Positions 8,846-18,007 of a stretch of DNA of 35,905 bases are shown here, piece by piece. Position numbers and translations under genes: made by a program. The DNA comes from Lentisphaerota bacterium (lineage in GTDB: Bacteria > Verrucomicrobiota > Kiritimatiellia > RFP12 > JAAYLN01), in contig JAAYZJ010000318.1 in assembly GCA_012514915.1 (NCBI GenBank), positions 1 to 35,905 of the forward strand, in the 5' to 3' direction. Each line of letters starts with the position of its first letter. The first letter of the stretch is position 1. The notes beneath the pieces are model-generated. The model made no database searches and had not been told where the DNA came from. It saw nothing but the letters and a program-made list of their open reading frames with translations.

Positions 8846-10953
8846 TCTTGTCCCCTGTCCGCTTCCGGCGGCCGTGCGGCGGGCTCAGCCGCCACCCAGA
8901 CATCCGGCCAGCAGTCGTTGCCGGTATGGAAAGTAATCCGGACGGCCGCCTCGGCCGGCGTGCCGGTTTCCCACGCGAAGATCTCGTAGTCGGCGGTGTC
9001 GTGCTCGTGCCCGCCCGCGCTCGCCCCGAAGACAAGCAGGCGGCCGTCGGCCGACAGGCGTGGAAAATACTCGTGGCTGAAGGCACCAGGAAGATCGAGG
9101 AGCGGAATCGACGTCTGCGTCGTCAGGGAGTGAAGGAAGATGATGTTCTTCATCTGCCCACCCTGCCCCACATAGAGCAGCGAGTCGTCCGTGGCCCAGT
9201 TCAACTGGCAGGTCGATCCATCGCCGACCGGCGTGAAGACGCCATCGGCATCCACCCAGCCGGTCGCGCGGCGCGCGCCACGCAGCGTGATGGCCGTCGC
9301 GCCGGTTGCTGACCGATAGTCGGGCGTCTGCAGCGAGATCCCCTCGGCAATCGGCGCCTGGCCGGTCCGCAGGAGCACCTGCTCGCGACCGTCGCGCAGC
9401 GACAACCGGATTACCTCGCGGTCACGGTTGCGCTGAAACACGATCGACCGGCCCCCGTCGGCCCAGGTCGCGAAGAAGGCGTTGGTGGCGACCCGCCGTT
9501 CGGTTCCCGTGTCCAGATCGAGGATCCAGGCATCCCACGGGGCCGATTGGCGCTGCGACACCCAGGCCACCTGCGAACGGGCGAACAGGACCTGCCTGCC
9601 GTCCGGCGAGAGCCGGGGATAGGTCTCGGTGTGCGGATCCCGGGTCAGGCGGCGGATATCCTGCGCCGGCCATTCCATGAGGAGGATGTCGTGGTTGCCA
9701 TACCGGTTGGAGCTCCAGACCAGCCGCGCGCGGTGACGGGCCGCCAGGTCGCCCAGCGCCTGAACTTCGGCGGCGCCCGCGGCGACAGCCAACCCCTGCG
9801 ACGGCGGGGTCAGGCGACCGCGTTTGCGCACGGCGCGCCATTCGTAGGCGGCAAACAGCAGGGCCCCCCCCAGGAAGGCGAGGGCCGCGAGGGCGAGGAG
9901 CTTCCGGCGGCGCGGCGGCGCGGCACGTCCGGCGGCCTCCCGGGCGACGGTCGGACGCCCCCACGCGATCGCGACCAAGGCGGCCCCGCCGAGGATGTAA
10001 TCGACCATCTGCGAGACGACGTGCACGGCCAGCATGGCCAGCAGGGCCACTGCGGCGGGGAAGCCGAGCAGGCTCCAAACGGCGGTCGCCCCCCCCTCGT
10101 AGGCGCCGAAACCCATGAGCGTCGGCAGAGGCAGGGCCGCCGCCCCCTCGCCCGCCAGCAGGGCGGGCAGCACCAGGCGCGCGTCCGCTCCGGCCATGGC
10201 CGGCAAGTGGACACGCGTGACGCCGCGGAAAAGGAGGAACAGGCCGGCGTATTTGAACAGACGCACCCCCGCCGAGAGGAGGAACGCGCCCAGCAGCAGA
10301 CGGCGGCTGCGCACGCGGGCCATCGAGGCGAGCGTGTTGTCGACGAAGGCCGCCGCGCGCTGCAGCTGCGGACGGTTCAGCCGCGCCCGCACGCGCGCCC
10401 AGAGGGGAACGATGACCCCGGGCAGGAGGGTGAGCAGGCCCCAGAGACCGACGAGACAGACGAGCGTCAGTGCACCCGCGCCCTTGGCGAGCAGCGGCCA
10501 GGTGGCCTGCCCGCGCGCCCAGGGAGCGGCGATGGCCAGCGCGAGGACGGCGGCCAGCGCGACCAGGTCGAAGAGGAAACTGATCGCCATGCTGCCGAGA
10601 CAAGCCTCGGCCCCGACCCGGTAGTTGCGGTTCATCAGCGCGAGATACCCCAGCTCGCCCGCGCGGGCCGGCAGCAGATCGACCATGGCGTTGCGCGCCA
10701 GCGTCGCCAGGAACGAATGGCCGGCCGACGGCACCCGGGGCTCGCCCGCGCCGCGCAGCAGCAGGCGGTAGCGCTCGGAACGCAGCCACGTCTGCAGCAC
10801 CTGGCAGACCACATAGCCCCCCAGCAACCGCGGAACCACATCGCGGATCGCCGGCCAGAGTTCGGCCTCCTGACCCGTCCCCTGCGCCACCAGTTGGAAG
10901 ATCAGCCCCAGGGTGAGCAGGGAAACGGCCGCGGAAATAACGATTTTCTTCAT
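8842..10953 (-). CDS. Membrane protein: N-terminal flippase-like (LPG_synthase_TM / UPF0104) domain fused to a C-terminal TolB-like PD40 beta-propeller
   Basis: Start at ATG 10953 (MKKIVISAAVSLLTLGLIF..). The 78 upstream codons of ORF 8842-11187 are P/R/A-rich and look non-coding. Residues 1-335 form about 8 hydrophobic helices with the R/K-rich loops typical of UPF0104. An extra TM follows at about residues 351-371. Residues 410-703 carry PD40-type repeats (LSPDGRQVLF, LSADGRLLVF). Confidence 0.7.
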   Translation of the reverse strand: MKKIVISAAVSLLTLGLIFQLVAQGTGQEAELWPAIRDVVPRLLGGYVVCQVLQTWLRSERYRLLLRGAGEPRVPSAGHSFLATLARNAMVDLLPARAGELGYLALMNRNYRVGAEACLGSMAISFLFDLVALAAVLALAIAAPWARGQATWPLLAKGAGALTLVCLVGLWGLLTLLPGVIVPLWARVRARLNRPQLQRAAAFVDNTLASMARVRSRRLLLGAFLLSAGVRLFKYAGLFLLFRGVTRVHLPAMAGADARLVLPALLAGEGAAALPLPTLMGFGAYEGGATAVWSLLGFPAAVALLAMLAVHVVSQMVDYILGGAALVAIAWGRPTVAREAAGRAAPPRRRKLLALAALAFLGGALLFAAYEWRAVRKRGRLTPPSQGLAVAAGAAEVQALGDLAARHRARLVWSSNRYGNHDILLMEWPAQDIRRLTRDPHTETYPRLSPDGRQVLFARSQVAWVSQRQSAPWDAWILDLDTGTERRVATNAFFATWADGGRSIVFQRNRDREVIRLSLRDGREQVLLRTGQAPIAEGISLQTPDYRSATGATAITLRGARRATGWVDADGVFTPVGDGSTCQLNWATDDSLLYVGQGGQMKNIIFLHSLTTQTSIPLLDLPGAFSHEYFPRLSADGRLLVFGASAGGHEHDTADYEIFAWETGTPAEAAVRITFHTGNDCWPDVWVAAEPAARPPEADRGQE

Positions 10954-11005
10954 AGGGGTTGGCTGCGGCCGGACGCGAGGCGTCCGGGGGTTCCCGTGCC
11001 GCGGT

Positions 11006-12316
11006 TCACGCCGGATCGCCGCGCGCGGCGAGCAGGGCGGCGCCGCGGCAGGCCGGTTCACGACAGGCGGCGGCGACAATGTCGATGCCGAGGCGCTCGC
11101 GCTTGAGTTGCAGCCAGAAGGGGCTGTGCGCGCCGCCTCCGGTCGCGACCACCCGGCCGGGGCGGCCCTCGGGGCAGAGGCGGTCAAGCAGGAGGCCGAG
11201 GGTGTCGGCGGAGGCCGTCATGATCGCCCGGGCGTAGTGTCCGTGCCCATGGTCGGGTTGGCGGTTGTCAAAGCCGGCGAGGCCGGGCTGGAGATGCGCC
11301 TGCGGGCGGGCCGTCAGGCCGTCGCAGTCGGGAGGAACGGCGGCGGCCAGCCGGTCAAGTTCTTGAAAGGTGAGTTCCGGGGCGTACGCGCGCCGATACC
11401 ATTCAAGCACCCCGGCGCCGTTGCCGTCGAAGACCAGCAGCGCGTAGGCGTTGGGTTCGGTTCCGGGGAGATGACAGACGCCCGCGCGCGGACGGTAGTC
11501 GTCCGACAGCCCCACGCAGGCCAGCACGGTTCCGGTCGATTCGCTCACGGGGGCGCAGGCCCCCAGCCCCGCCCCAAGCGCGGCCGCATGGTGATCGAGT
11601 GTTCCGGCCGACACCCTCGCGCCGGACGGAAGTCCCAGCAGGCTGCCGCCCGCCTCCGTGCATCCTCCGACCACCGTGCCGGGACGCAGCGGGGTGGCCA
11701 ACTGCGCCAGGCTCAGGCCGCAGGCCGTGACGGCGTCCGGCCACCAGGCCAGCGCGCGCTGGTCGAGCAGCCCCAGGAGCGAGGCGGTTCCAGCATCCCC
11801 CTGGAAGCGCCCGGTCAGGGCGAAGGAAAGGTAGTCGGAAATCGTCAGGACACGAACCGTCCGACGCCAGAGGGCGGGATCGTGCCGCTGCATCCAGACC
11901 AGCTTCGAGACGGCGGCATGACGGCCGAGGCCGCAGCCAAGGCCGGTCGTGGCCACGAAGTCGGGGCGGTCGGCCAGGCCGCGCACGACGTCGGGCACTT
12001 CCGGCGCGCGGGTGTCGGTCCAGAGGATCAGCGGCGTCAGTGGGTTCGCGGCCCCGTCGAGCAGCACATAACTGTTGGCCTGCGACGACCAGGAGAGCGC
12101 GGAGATCTCGTCGACGCGGGCACACGCGCCCTCCAGGGCCTGCTCCAATCCCTGGCGCAGCGTCTGCCAGAAGGCGTCGACCGCGACCTCCGCCCGGTTG
12201 TCGCCGGATCGAACCGGCACCTCGACCCGTCCGATTCCGCGCAGATGCAGGTCGGGATCGAACAGCCCGAGTTTGAAATAACTGGTTCCGAGGTCGATGC
12301 CAAGCCGATAGTTCAT
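11006..12316 (-). CDS. FGGY-family carbohydrate kinase (xylulokinase-like)
   Basis: Start at ATG 12316 (MNYRLGIDLGTSYFK.., the canonical FGGY N-terminal phosphate-1 motif). The 143-codon N-terminal extension of ORF 11006-12745 overlaps the upstream gene and is rejected. The C-terminal VATGGGAHSPFWLQLKRE motif is FGGY_C-like. Confidence 0.8.
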   Translation of the reverse strand: MNYRLGIDLGTSYFKLGLFDPDLHLRGIGRVEVPVRSGDNRAEVAVDAFWQTLRQGLEQALEGACARVDEISALSWSSQANSYVLLDGAANPLTPLILWTDTRAPEVPDVVRGLADRPDFVATTGLGCGLGRHAAVSKLVWMQRHDPALWRRTVRVLTISDYLSFALTGRFQGDAGTASLLGLLDQRALAWWPDAVTACGLSLAQLATPLRPGTVVGGCTEAGGSLLGLPSGARVSAGTLDHHAAALGAGLGACAPVSESTGTVLACVGLSDDYRPRAGVCHLPGTEPNAYALLVFDGNGAGVLEWYRRAYAPELTFQELDRLAAAVPPDCDGLTARPQAHLQPGLAGFDNRQPDHGHGHYARAIMTASADTLGLLLDRLCPEGRPGRVVATGGGAHSPFWLQLKRERLGIDIVAAACREPACRGAALLAARGDPA

Positions 12317-12354
12317 GCCGAAATCCAAAGGGACGTGGTGGCGGAACGCTCCGT

Positions 12355-13713
12355 TCAGGTAGCCCGGGACGGCGTGCCGGGGGTCACCGCGCGCGGCAGC
12401 GAGGCCAGCAGGCGCCGGCTCTCCTCCACCAGCAGGCGCCCGCTGTCGGTCGAAAACACCGAGGTGGAGGCCTCGTAGCCGCCTTCGGCCGCCGCCTGCT
12501 CGGTGGCGATGTAACCGGCCATGGTTCCATTGGCGCAGGAACAGACGAACGTATCGGGATCGTCGGCCCGGAGCGCCAGCGCATATTCGATAAAAGCCTC
12601 GCCCTGCCAGCCGATGAACCGCCAGGGACCGACGGCGAGCAGTTGGATTTCGGCCGGCATGCAGCGGCGCAGCGCCTCGGCGATCCGCCCGTCGGCCTGT
12701 GAACGCGCCAGCGCATGACTGGCTTCGGCGCCGAACAGGTCGCATTCCGTCGTCCGCACCAGGGCACGGGGCGTGCCGTCCTCCCGCTGACGCGCCAGCT
12801 TCGCGCGGACGGCGGCCACTTTGGCCGCGGCCGCCTCGATCGTCGGCAGCTCGCGCAGCGGGTATTCCACCGCCGTGCCGGCCGCGGCGAGGACAAGGTC
12901 GCTCCGAAAGACGATGCGCGCCAGCGCCGACTCGACGGCCCGCCCGAGGATCGTGCCGAGGCGGATGGCCTCGTCGAAGGTCTGCCCGCGGACACAGTGG
13001 CGCGGACTCTGGTTGCCGGCCGCCCCCATGTGGTGCAGGACGGGGAGCGACGGGCCAAGCCGCTCCTGCAGGTAGCGGCGGGCCATGGCGGGGAAGTCGC
13101 CCGTCACGAGCGTCGAATCCTCGTGCAGCACCGTCGGGTGCATCGCGTAGACTTCCATGATGCCGATCAAGCGATCGGAGTCGGCCTCGCGCGCCGCGAG
13201 CACGGGGATCTCGGGATCGGCCGGACCGGCGGGATCGCGGCGGTTGGTGCCGATGCCTTCGACCCGCGCCAGGGCCAGGCCGACCACGGCGGGGCGCAGG
13301 GCGCGGCAGGCGTCGATCCCGGCCTGGACGATCCCCGCCTCCAACCGATCCAGGTAGGCGGGGTCGGCGTTGGGAACCACGGTGTCGTAGCTCCCCGGCC
13401 CGCGATCCTGGACGACCGGCCCCGAGTGCGTGTGCGTCGCCGTGACCATGATCTGCCCGGCCGGGGTGCCGGTGGCCTCGGCGATGCGGCGGCGGGCGCG
13501 GGCGACCAAGTCCTTGGGGACGTAGATGATGTCGTTGGCGATGAACAGCAGCCGGGTCGCACCATCGTCGAGGGCCAGTGCGCTGCTGGTGAGCGGGTCA
13601 TGCACGCCGGTGCTCCAGCGGGCGACATGCGGATAGCCGTAGAGGAACTGCGAGTTCAGCGGCGTGATGTCGGCGGCGGCGGCGCCGGCCTGCAAGCGGT
13701 TGCGAGGGGTCAT
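12355..13713 (-). CDS. Neutral/alkaline non-lysosomal ceramidase N-terminal-domain family amidase (substrate unknown)
   Basis: Start at ATG 13713 (MTPRNRLQAGAAAADITP..), overlapping the upstream TGA as ATGA. AADITP.., GYP.., ALALDDG and VTATHTHSGP are characteristic of the ceramidase_alk N-terminal domain. At 452 aa it lacks the C-terminal tail domain of true neutral ceramidases. Confidence 0.65.
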   Translation of the reverse strand: MTPRNRLQAGAAAADITPLNSQFLYGYPHVARWSTGVHDPLTSSALALDDGATRLLFIANDIIYVPKDLVARARRRIAEATGTPAGQIMVTATHTHSGPVVQDRGPGSYDTVVPNADPAYLDRLEAGIVQAGIDACRALRPAVVGLALARVEGIGTNRRDPAGPADPEIPVLAAREADSDRLIGIMEVYAMHPTVLHEDSTLVTGDFPAMARRYLQERLGPSLPVLHHMGAAGNQSPRHCVRGQTFDEAIRLGTILGRAVESALARIVFRSDLVLAAAGTAVEYPLRELPTIEAAAAKVAAVRAKLARQREDGTPRALVRTTECDLFGAEASHALARSQADGRIAEALRRCMPAEIQLLAVGPWRFIGWQGEAFIEYALALRADDPDTFVCSCANGTMAGYIATEQAAAEGGYEASTSVFSTDSGRLLVEESRRLLASLPRAVTPGTPSRAT

Positions 13714-14909
13714 GCTTCCTTCTCCCGGGTGTACACGGTTTGACCGCCGACCCATGTCCGGCGGATCTGGAACGCGTCATCGAACAGTGTCAGATCGGCA
13801 TCGTAGCCCGGCAGCATCCGCCCCTTGCGATGGGCGAGACGGAGCACCTGCGCCGGGTTGGCGCTGGCCATGCGGACGGCCTGCGGCAGGCTGACGCCCG
13901 CGAGTTGGACGGCGTTGCGCACGGCCAGGTTCAGCGTGAGGCCGCTGCCGGCCAGGCCACCCGAGCGGTTGCCGCAGTTCGCCAGGCGCGCCGGCGCGCC
14001 GGGCGCCGCGAACACCACCTCCTGCCCCCCGAAAGTGAAGTGGCCCGGCGGGAGCCCCGCACCCACCATGGCGTCGGTGATCAGACAGACGCGGTCGGGT
14101 CCCTTGCACTGCAAGGCCATTTGAACGGCCACGGGATCGACATGCACGCCGTCGAGGATGAAGTCGACGGAGACGCCCGGCGCGGCCAGGATGGCCTCGA
14201 CGGCGCCGCACGGGCGCACGCCGCCCTCCGTCACGGGAGGCACCGGGAACACGTCGTAAAAGTGGGTGGCATGGCAGGCCCCCGCGGCGATCGCGCGCTG
14301 CGTCTGGACGACCGACGCCTGCGTGTGCGTCATGAAAACCGGCGCGCCCGCGCGGCTCATGATGCGGATCAGCGGTTCGATGTCCGGGATGTCGGGAGCG
14401 ATGCTGAAAACGGCCGGATAGGGAGCGGCCGCGGCCATCAGGGCCTCGACCCGCTTCGGGTCGGCCGGACCGAGAGCCTCGGGGGAAATGGCCCCGGTGA
14501 AGGTGAGGAACGGACCTTCGAGATGAAAGCCCAGCACCGACGCCCCCGGAGCGTCCGAAGCCTGCGCCAGCCGGGCCAGCATGGCGGCATCCTTGCCGGG
14601 AGGCAGCGGACAGACCGTCGGCAGGAATCCCGTGACGCCATACTGCGGCAGGATCCCGGCGATGGCCGCCAGGTGCTCGGGCCCATCGTCGACCAGATGG
14701 CGGTGCATGCCATGGATATGCATGTCGATGAAACCCGGCGCCAGACAGTGCCCCTGCGCGTCGACATAGCGGTCGTCCGGCAAGCCCTCGGGCCGCCCGG
14801 CGGCGCGGATCCGCGCCAGACGTCCGTCGGCGATCTCTACGGCCGAATCGGGCAGGATGGCGTTTTCAAGAATGACACGGGCGTGGTCGATCAGGAGGTC
14901 AATGGACAT
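13710..14909 (-). CDS. nagA: N-acetylglucosamine-6-phosphate deacetylase family amidohydrolase
   Basis: 399 aa. Collinear with E. coli NagA: PGFIDMHIHG, HLEGPFL, THFYD, ILDGVHVD, CLITDAM, GGLAGSGLTL and GYDADLTLF. Confidence 0.8.
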   Translation of the reverse strand: MSIDLLIDHARVILENAILPDSAVEIADGRLARIRAAGRPEGLPDDRYVDAQGHCLAPGFIDMHIHGMHRHLVDDGPEHLAAIAGILPQYGVTGFLPTVCPLPPGKDAAMLARLAQASDAPGASVLGFHLEGPFLTFTGAISPEALGPADPKRVEALMAAAAPYPAVFSIAPDIPDIEPLIRIMSRAGAPVFMTHTQASVVQTQRAIAAGACHATHFYDVFPVPPVTEGGVRPCGAVEAILAAPGVSVDFILDGVHVDPVAVQMALQCKGPDRVCLITDAMVGAGLPPGHFTFGGQEVVFAAPGAPARLANCGNRSGGLAGSGLTLNLAVRNAVQLAGVSLPQAVRMASANPAQVLRLAHRKGRMLPGYDADLTLFDDAFQIRRTWVGGQTVYTREKEA

Positions 14910-14915
14910 CGTACA

Positions 14916-14943
14916 CCTATAGGCTGGACTGGACTATGGACAA
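14916..14943 (-). promoter_or_regulatory. Candidate promoter for the nagA-like operon (TTGTCC-N16-TATAGG on the minus strand)
   Basis: On the minus strand, TTGTCC is at 14943-14938 and TATAGG at 14921-14916. The ATG at 14909 follows after 6 nt. Alternatively, the AGGTG inside or after the -10 could be an SD for a longer transcript. Confidence 0.25.
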
Positions 14944-14988
14944 GGTTAGCAGAGGCCGCCAACCCGTGCAATGTTCAATCACGTCCCA

Positions 14989-17145
14989 TCACGGCGTGAA
15001 CATCTGGAATTCGGCGGGGGCGAGGGTGATCGTGGTCGTCGTCTCGCGGTGGTGGAGCCGGATCGTGTGCGGCCGGTCGAAGTCGATGTTGTAGAGGCAG
15101 ATTTCGCCCTGCGCAGGGAAGTGCGTGAACGCGACATGGTCGCAGGCTGCGCCCGGCTCGATCCCGTCGTCGGTGATGAAGGTCTCGCCGCGCGTCTCGC
15201 GGGCGATCCTGCGGTAGACCGCGTGGATCAGGCCGAACCGGTTGTCACGGGTCGCGCTGGGCGCGCTGTCGTCCGCCAGGGCGCCGGGATACTCCCACAT
15301 GTTGAGGAAGTAGACCGTGCCCCTGCCCAGCCGGTGCCGCAGGAGGAGGGGCATGAACTGCTCGTCCTCGACGGCGACGACCTCGACCCCCGGCTGCATC
15401 TCGATGCACCCCAGGTGCGTCATGCAGATGCCGAACTTGCGGTGCGGCGAAACGCCCAGCGGCCGTTCTTTACCTGGCGTGACGGCCCAGTAGAACTGTT
15501 TGCCGCGGCCCGTCACCTTCACGCCGCAGAGCTCCGAGAAGTCGCCGCCGCGGATCAGCTCGTCGGCGCCGTAGCTCGTGAAGTTGCGGCGGGTGTTGGT
15601 GGAGAGGTGCGGGATCGAGACAAAAAGCGTCCCGCCCGCACGGACATAGGCGACGAGGGCATCGTACTGCCCCTCGGTGCAGGTGTTCCAGCCGGTGAAG
15701 AGCAACGCCGCGTAGTGTTGCGCGAGGAACGAGGGGTCGGGATCGACCGCGAAGCTCACGATGTCCGTGATGCCGTAGGGCGTGCCGGAGAGGAAGGGAT
15801 TCTTGAAGGGCCCCAGCACCGGAGGACGCGGGTAGAAGGTGTCCGCGAAGATCTCCCAGCCCCGCTCCGGGGCGGCGTGGAACCAGCGGGCGTCCTTGTC
15901 GGCCTGATCGTACTGCCCCGCGATGACCGCGTTGGGATGGAAGCCGCCCGGACCGGCCAGATCGAGGTTCCCCTTGATCGCCGCCACGCGCGCGGCCGGC
16001 TGGCCGGCCGGCGTGCCGCGGGTCTTCAGGAAATCGTAGAAGTCGGAGATGCGGCGGCGGTACTCGCGGCAGACGGGCGAATCGTAGTTCAAGTTCGGGT
16101 AGTGCCGGCGCGCGGCCTCGACATGCGGCGCGCTCAAGTGCGGATCGTTGACGTGGATGTTCCCCAGGCTGAGCTTCGGCACCTGGTGCATCGGCGTGTC
16201 CTCGATGTGGTCGCTCTGCTGCCACCAGTTGCCGCTCTCCACCAGCAGGAGCTTGCAGCCGGCCATGTACTTCATGTAGAGCGAGGCGGTCAGCAACGGC
16301 ATCCGGTGCGGGCAGGAGTACGGCAGCATGCCGTAGTGCTCGTGCGCCAGATCGGTCCCCCAGATCGGCAGGTTGAACTGCCGGTGGAGACCGCGCGACA
16401 GGGCCGAGGCGATGTTGAAGTGCGGCACGGCAAAATCCTCGACGGCGGGGATCTCGATACCGCCGATGATCTCGTAGTCCAGCGTGGCGATGCCGCCCGT
16501 GACCATCAGGCGCGACCAGCCGGCCGCCTTGCGACGCTGCACGCACGACCGCACGCTCGCGAGGAAGTTGGCGGCCAACTGGCGCAGGTCGCCGGCCGTT
16601 TTCCGCGCCAGCGCCAGCTCGGGATCCTCCGTTTCGTTGAGGCGGAAGGTGAACACCTCGCCGACGTTGCACCCCAGGAAGTTGTCCAGGTCGGGCTGCA
16701 TCCGGGCGAGCTGGCTCGGATCGGCGTCGGTGTAGATCGTCATCATCGCCAGCCCGAGCTCGCGGGCCTGGCGGAGCATGCGGACAAGCCCGGCGCCCAG
16801 ACGCTCCGGGTGCTTGGCGATCTCGTCCCAGTCCTGCGGCGTGAGGAAACGGCCGTTGGCCCAGTCGGGGCGCGGCACCTCGAGTCCGAGCTCGTCCAGC
16901 GCCAGGTAGTCGGCCATGGCCAGCAGGCTCTGCTGGGTGGCGCCCCCGTCCCAGATCGCCACCAGGTTTCCCTGGTTTTCGCGCACTGTGCGGTCGATGT
17001 ACCAGGCGGCATCGTGATCCTCCGAAACCCAGCTCGTGTAGTAGGGCCCCGAGGTCTGGAAGATCGTGTCGCCGCGGTGCAGGTAGACCGGTGTTCCCAG
17101 AAAGGTTCCGCAGGCGGGCAGGGTGATCGGCGCGGGGGTGGACAT
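14989..17145 (-). CDS. Hypothetical cytoplasmic protein (about 718 aa), possibly a glycoside-hydrolase-like three-domain protein
   Basis: The ORF runs 14989-17169. I prefer the second ATG at 17145 (MSTPAPI..) because a GGAG lies about 7 nt upstream and this avoids an 8-nt overlap with mutM. No signal peptide. The middle region (ALLFTGWN.., GGTLFVSIPH) resembles the glutamine-amidotransferase-like middle domain of GH42 enzymes. Family not recognised. Confidence 0.55.
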   Translation of the reverse strand: MSTPAPITLPACGTFLGTPVYLHRGDTIFQTSGPYYTSWVSEDHDAAWYIDRTVRENQGNLVAIWDGGATQQSLLAMADYLALDELGLEVPRPDWANGRFLTPQDWDEIAKHPERLGAGLVRMLRQARELGLAMMTIYTDADPSQLARMQPDLDNFLGCNVGEVFTFRLNETEDPELALARKTAGDLRQLAANFLASVRSCVQRRKAAGWSRLMVTGGIATLDYEIIGGIEIPAVEDFAVPHFNIASALSRGLHRQFNLPIWGTDLAHEHYGMLPYSCPHRMPLLTASLYMKYMAGCKLLLVESGNWWQQSDHIEDTPMHQVPKLSLGNIHVNDPHLSAPHVEAARRHYPNLNYDSPVCREYRRRISDFYDFLKTRGTPAGQPAARVAAIKGNLDLAGPGGFHPNAVIAGQYDQADKDARWFHAAPERGWEIFADTFYPRPPVLGPFKNPFLSGTPYGITDIVSFAVDPDPSFLAQHYAALLFTGWNTCTEGQYDALVAYVRAGGTLFVSIPHLSTNTRRNFTSYGADELIRGGDFSELCGVKVTGRGKQFYWAVTPGKERPLGVSPHRKFGICMTHLGCIEMQPGVEVVAVEDEQFMPLLLRHRLGRGTVYFLNMWEYPGALADDSAPSATRDNRFGLIHAVYRRIARETRGETFITDDGIEPGAACDHVAFTHFPAQGEICLYNIDFDRPHTIRLHHRETTTTITLAPAEFQMFTP

Positions 17146-17161
17146 GCGTGGCTCCGTTCTG

Positions 17162-17998
17162 TCAGTCATGGTTCAGGCGCTGGCACGCAGGACAGATGTG
17201 CGTGCCGCGCTGGGCGACAACCAGCCGCGCGAGCGTGGTTCCGCAGCGGGGACACGGCTCGCCGTCGCGGCGGAAGACATTGAGGCGGTCGGCGTGGCGG
17301 CCGCGCCGCCCCGCCACACTGTAGAAATTGGACTGGCCGCTCCCCAGCGTCGTGCCGCGGTCGCGCACGGCGCGGGCGAGGATTTGGCGGATGGCTCCGT
17401 GCAGCGCCCGCGCCTCGTCGGCCGTCAGGCTGCTCGCGGGCCGCCCGGGATGCACGCCGGCCTGCCACAGCGACTCGTCGACGTAGATATTGCCCAGCCC
17501 GGCCACCAGCCGCTGGTCGAGCAACAGCGGCTTGATCGCCCGCCCGCGCCGCGACAGCTCCCGGGCGAAGTCCGGCAGCTTGAACGCCGGACCGAGGGGT
17601 TCCGGGCCGAGATCCGCCAGCGGATCCGACGCCGGCGTGCCGAGCGCGAAGCGACCGAACTTGCGGGTGTCGTTAAACACGAGCAGACGCCCGTCGTCCA
17701 GCGCCAGACGCACATGATCGTGCGGCCCGCGAGGCTCGTCGCCCGCCGCGAAGCGGAGTTTGCCGGTCATGCGCAGGTGGAGGAGGACGCGCCGGCCGCC
17801 GTCGAGATCGAGGACGATGTACTTGCCCCGGCGTCCAACCGCGAGAATCGTTGCGCCGGTCAGCACGCGCCGCACCGCGACGGGATCGGGGCCGAAGGTG
17901 CGCGGCCAGCGCAGCTCGACCGCGACGATCCTGGCCCCGCACAGCCCGCCGGCGCGCAGGCCGCGGACGACGGTCTCGACTTCGGGCAGTTCAGGCAT
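17162..17998 (-). CDS. mutM: Formamidopyrimidine-DNA glycosylase
   Basis: 278 aa. The N-terminal MPELPEVE catalytic motif, the H2TH region and the C-terminal zinc finger CPRCGTTLARLVVAQRGTHICPACQ are present. Confidence 0.92.
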   Translation of the reverse strand: MPELPEVETVVRGLRAGGLCGARIVAVELRWPRTFGPDPVAVRRVLTGATILAVGRRGKYIVLDLDGGRRVLLHLRMTGKLRFAAGDEPRGPHDHVRLALDDGRLLVFNDTRKFGRFALGTPASDPLADLGPEPLGPAFKLPDFARELSRRGRAIKPLLLDQRLVAGLGNIYVDESLWQAGVHPGRPASSLTADEARALHGAIRQILARAVRDRGTTLGSGQSNFYSVAGRRGRHADRLNVFRRDGEPCPRCGTTLARLVVAQRGTHICPACQRLNHD

Positions 17999-18007
17999 GA
18001 ACGGACG

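Noticed and set aside
6711-9086. ORFs 6938-8296 (+, 452 aa) and 7374-9086 (-, 570 aa), and the 111-codon N-terminal extension of ORF 6711-7919.
   Set aside because: They are out-of-frame or antisense overlaps of the oxidoreductase and Hcy-methyltransferase genes. They are extremely Arg/Gly/Pro-rich. The oxidoreductase has a clean ATG (7044) with an AGGAGA SD and a Rossmann N-terminus.
9422-12478. ORFs 9547-11106 (+), 9422-10789 (-), 10913-12478 (+) and 11403-12125 (-).
   Set aside because: They are alternative frames of the flippase/PD40 and FGGY kinase genes and have no motifs. The chosen frames show TM helices, PD40 repeats and FGGY signatures.
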